DNA of 64,000 nt from Strigamia acuminata (Eukaryota), in the NCBI GenBank assembly GCA_949358305.1, contig OX442314.1, positions 31,124,001 through 31,188,000 on the forward strand. The letters are read 5' to 3'. The position numbers and the translations under genes were made by a program. The first letter of the stretch is position 1. Every line of letters begins with the position of its first letter. Shown here piece after piece: positions 60,141 to 64,000 of this stretch. The notes beneath the pieces are model-generated. The model saw only the letters and a list, made by a program, of their open reading frames with translations, ran no database searches and was not told the origin of the DNA.

Positions 60141-61132
60141 CCCGCTTCCTTACACCCAAAGCACCGGGTCTCGCCTGTACACTCGTTGGCACGGTGCCCC
60201 TCCTCCCCACATTTAAAACAGGCCGTGTGTGATTTTCGCACACTTACTTTCTCCCTCGGCACGACCAGCTTTGGTTTAAACTCACTTTTCACTTCACTTT
60301 TAACACTCACGTATCTGGACTCGATTGTTTTAACGTCTCGAATTATTTCACCGATACTGCTGTATTGTTTCAAATATATTGCACTCATTACTGTTTTGTT
60401 TTTCAGTCCGTCCACGATATAATCAGGCGCCTCCGCCAAACTTAGCTTTAATTTGCTACACACTGCCCACTTCCGATGCACGTACGCTTCAACCGTATCG
60501 TCGGGTTTCTGCGGCGCCTGCATCATGGCTTGCTTTTCAGCAAGGGTCAACTCCTGGTCGGGGAAATCACGTAGAAAACACCAGGCCCAATCGCTGTAAT
60601 GGCGCTCCAATTCACCCGTATTTTCTTGCCAAACTTTGGCCGCTCCTTCCAGGGCCGCCGCTGCGTTTGTCACCTTCGTGGTGTTCGTCCAGTGGTAGTC
60701 CTTCGCATATTCCTCGACTATCTGGAGCCATTCCGTCGTGGTCCTAGTCTGGTCTCGTTCGCCCGAAAATTTTGGCAGTTTCGACGCCGTTCGCGTCTCG
60801 CGCCGCGAGTTTTCTAACTGCATTTGTGCAATCAGCAACTGTACGGCCTTCTCGGCTCCCGTCGCATTAGCATCTACCGTTTTCTGCGCCTCTCGTAACG
60901 GTTGGTCGTCGTCTTCTTCCTCCTCGTCCTTCTCGTCGGCGACCGTCTCGCCTGCCGCCTTTTGCATCGCTCGCCACATCTCGACCGCCATCTCCGCTTT
61001 CCGCTTTCGGAACGTTGTGAGCCCGAGTTTCTTCATCTCGGGGCGCATTTCCTCCGTTCTCAGGATCAAAAGGTTCTCCACTGTGGGTATTTCGCCCTTC
61101 GCAATCATCGCAAGTACCGCCGGGATGTCCAT
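60141..61132 (-). CDS. gag: gypsy gag with CCHC knuckles
   Basis: LPKFSGE..ALEGAAKVW..QKPDDTVEAY..CFKCGEEGHRANEC. Confidence 0.93.
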
Positions 61133-62619
61133 CGTGATTTTTGACGTTCAAAAAAAAACTTTTCGACCACGCGTCGCTGTTTCGCTCTTTTGTCTTGGGT
61201 TTTTTAGGCCTCGCGCCGCTTTTCCCACTCTCTGCTCACGCTGGATTCCGGTTCTGGTCACCACACTTATCTTTTTCAGTTCGCAATTTTGTAGAACATC
61301 CCACTTCTGATGTAAAGTTATCGCTTTTCTCTCTCTCGAAACTTGATGAAAACTAATAAAATGACTTTTGCCAAAATGGCCACACGTCCAGTCAGTCTTA
61401 TTTTCAAAGCAAGAATGTTTTATTTTACAGAAAATATACAAAGGTCTTTTTAATCTTAATCCTTTTAATCTCTGCTCACATTCCTCGCGTTGGCGCGCGT
61501 GTCTTCTTGGCAATCCTGTCGCCCCCTCGTGTTGTTTTTCCACGTCGCGCTTTTACATTCCACAATTGAAATTAACACTAGAACTGTCAAAGGGGTCATT
61601 TTTACCCTTTTGACAGTTTAAAACAGATGTAACACTAAAAGCAATGGGTTTACAATGCTGTTATTTTTTTACTTTTACTGATTTATGATGCTTTCCATCA
61701 TAAATCAGAGAACATGGCATTTTTCCTAAGAAATAATGAAAAAAAAGAGAATTTACTTAGAACTCCCGAAAGGGGTCAAAATGACCCCTTGCAATAACAA
61801 GAACAATACGTACACAAAACGTGCACAAAACGTGCATGAATCGTGCAAAATACATAAACAATACGTGTATACAACGTTTTGGCATCAAATTGATTCAATA
61901 ACAAACGAAACATGCGAAGAAAATAGCAAAACAAAAATTGATAGTTTTTATAAAACCTGATAAAATTAAATTTCCGTTTTTAATTTTATCAGGTTTTATA
62001 AAAACCATCAATTTTTGTTTTGCTATATTTCAAAATGTACGACGATTGTCAATATATTTCAAAATATATTGGCATACATTTTCATACTTTTTCAAATATA
62101 CCCGTATTTAAATATATTTTGCGACCATATGGGAAGGTTCAAAACCGGTTCACAAATCGAATTCAACACACCTTGCATATTTGCCATAGTTATTTCGCGA
62201 GTTTTTCCACGCACACACACGAACATTCTTTCACTTCTATCGCGGCACGAATGTCCGTTCGACGCGGGGCGAGCGAAGTCCTACACGTCTCTTCACGTAG
62301 CAGCAACGTTATCCTGTCGACTGGCGCCACGTCGGCTTCGTGAAGTTCGACGAAAGGAATAAACGACAACTGCAAAACAAACGAAATGGCGCTCCAGGCG
62401 CCGAAACGTCATGCACACGCAACGCACTCGACACACACCAAGCCGTCGCGCCCTCACGACAAGAACGTAAGGTCATCAGAATCTCACCCTCACCCAAATA
62501 ATCTCAGATAAAATAACTGAAATTTATGGGGCGCCGTTTGGGCCAAAAATAAGTCCCAGACGGTATGTTGTAAAATTAAAATATATGGTGTTTTCTTTTA
62601 TGACATATAATAATCTTTT

Positions 62620-63255
62620 TGTGTATGGGATAAAGTTTTTGGAGATGGGATAAAGTTTTTGGATGGGATAAAGTTTTTGGATGGGATATAGTTTTTGGAG
62701 ATAGAATAAAGTTTTTGGATGGGATAAAGTTTTTGGAGATAGAATAAAGTTTTTGTGTATGGGATAAAGTTTTTGAATGGGATAAAGTTTTTGGAAATAG
62801 AATAAAGTTTTTGTGTATGGGATAAAGTTTTTGGATGGGATAAAGTTTTTGGAGAAAGAATAAAGTTTTTGTGTATGGGATAAAGTTTTTGGATGGGATA
62901 AAGTTTTTGGATATAGGAAAAATCGGTTATCGGATATAGAAAAAATCGGATATCGGATATAAAAAAAATCGGATATCAAATATAGAAAAAATCGGATATC
63001 GGATATAAAAAAAATCGGATATCGGATATAGAAAAAATCGGATATCGGATATAGAAAAAATCGGTTATCGGATATAGAAAAAATCGGATATCGGATATAG
63101 AAAAAATCGGTTATCGGATATAGAAAAAATCGGATATTGGATATAGAAAAAATCGGATATCGGATATAGAAAAAATCGGATATCGGATATAGAAAAAATC
63201 GGATATCGGATATAGAAAAAATCGGATATCGGATATAGGAAAAATCGGATTTCGG
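62620..63255. repeat. two adjacent tandem arrays (18-20-bp and ~21-bp units)
   Basis: GGGATAAAGTTTTTGGAT units to ~62910, then ATCGGATATCGGATATAGAAAAA units. Confidence 0.95.
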
Positions 63256-63304
63256 TGCCATCTGTTACTTCTAAAAAAAATTAAAAAATTAAAGTAAAAA
63301 TTTT

Positions 63305-63376
63305 CACAAACAGCAGGATTTGAACCTGTGTGGAAAGATTCCTAGACCATTGCCTTAACCACTGGACCACCACGAC
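63305..63376 (-). pseudogene. degenerate tRNA-Ser-derived sequence (pseudogene or SINE head)
   Basis: GTGGTCCAGTGGTTAAGGCAATGG A-box region and CAGGTTCAAATCCTG B-box; variable arm deleted, acceptor stem broken. Confidence 0.65.
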
Positions 63377-63709
63377 AAACTATTATTGTCTTCATGTTGG
63401 TGAACAAAGTTCTGATGTCATGCAATCATGGAATCTCAAAAGGGGAAATGACATCATTGAATCTTAAATAAGAAAATTCAACCTGGATCTTGGAACTATT
63501 TTTTACCTAGCAACTGTTGTTTACAGTATTCATACACTAGGCCTGATTGCTCAGATTAGATGAATACACAGACAAAATAGTGCAAACTTTGAGCTCATTG
63601 TTTGCATTGTTGGCTGTTTATGGAATGAAATTATTTTAGGGTTGCATTCAGCATGATACAACAATTCTCCATGTTTATTATTACAACAATCTGTGAGTAT
63701 CTTATACAT

Positions 63710-64000
63710 GTGTTCCCCTCGTCAGTTTAATGGAGATTGAGAAAACTACCGCCGGGGAGGCAGAGATACATTTGGATATGGAAGTTCCTATTAGGAGTCG
63801 ACCATATCGTGTCCCCGAGGCGCAAGAAGCGGTGTTGAAAAAGCTTATATCAGAGATGTGTGAGGCAGGGTTGGTTTCGGAGTCAGCTTCTCCGTACTGC
63901 TCACCCTGTCTTTTAGTGCAAAAAAGGGATGGGAGCGCCCGGCTCTGTGTGGATTATCGGAAACTAAACGCACACATGGTCGGGGACGCATATCTCCTTC
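63710..64000 (+). pseudogene. Ty3/gypsy RT N-terminal fragment, runs off the right edge
   Basis: PIRSRPYRVP..SASPYCSPCLLVQKRDGSARLCVDYRKLN. Confidence 0.9.

Larger units (their letters stand above)
55249..61557 (-). mobile_element. Ty3/gypsy LTR retrotransposon (micropia/mdg3-like), near-intact
   Basis: 5' LTR 61311-61557; PBS TCAGAAGTGGGAT (61298-61310); 3' LTR split into 55249-55262 and 56218-56445; three visible substitutions between LTRs. Confidence 0.95.

Noticed and set aside
55240..61565. Target-site duplication for the gypsy element
   Set aside because: Left flank ATTG and right flank TTCC do not match; none claimed.
62524..63261. 245-aa repetitive ORF
   Set aside because: Translation of two tandem arrays.
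63305..63376. Functional tRNA-Ser gene
   Set aside because: Acceptor and anticodon stems do not pair and the variable arm is deleted.

Overview
This is AT-rich eukaryotic DNA, probably from an invertebrate (arthropod-like IAP, ~70-nt AT-rich introns). It is almost entirely a nested graveyard of mobile elements, and I found no intact host housekeeping gene. (1) LTR retrotransposons: a near-intact Ty1/copia (1-4178, runs off the left edge); a near-intact micropia/mdg3-type Ty3/gypsy (55249-61557); a 1.9-kb internally deleted copia nested in a second gypsy remnant; four solo LTRs with target-site duplications (TSDs); and further gag/RT/RNase H fragments. (2) DNA-transposon MITEs (Tc1/mariner-type, hAT-type) and P-element/THAP9-like transposase remnants. 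(3) A decayed Polinton/Maverick-like block at ~32.1-36.7 kb. It contains a basic QTGGFL protein, the conserved pre-integrase ORF, an integrase with chromodomain, a tandem PC4-like ORF, a BIR ORF and a Maelstrom-like DEDD-fold ORF. A pPolB exonuclease remnant lies at ~28.5-28.9 kb, and paralogous pieces are scattered from 6 to 39 kb. (4) Apoptosis/signalling gene fragments: an IAP with two BIRs, a TRAF-type MATH domain and two RING-H2 remnants. The most novel-looking items are not visible in the ORF track. They are a three-copy, three-exon micro-gene family encoding YxxP + polyproline + PxxPxKP motif proteins that flank the Polinton block in inverted orientation, a protein built from a triplicated unrecognised helical repeat, palindromic enhancer/origin-like arrays, and a ~1-kb templated insertion inside a gypsy LTR. 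All family assignments come from motif recognition by eye; no searches were run.
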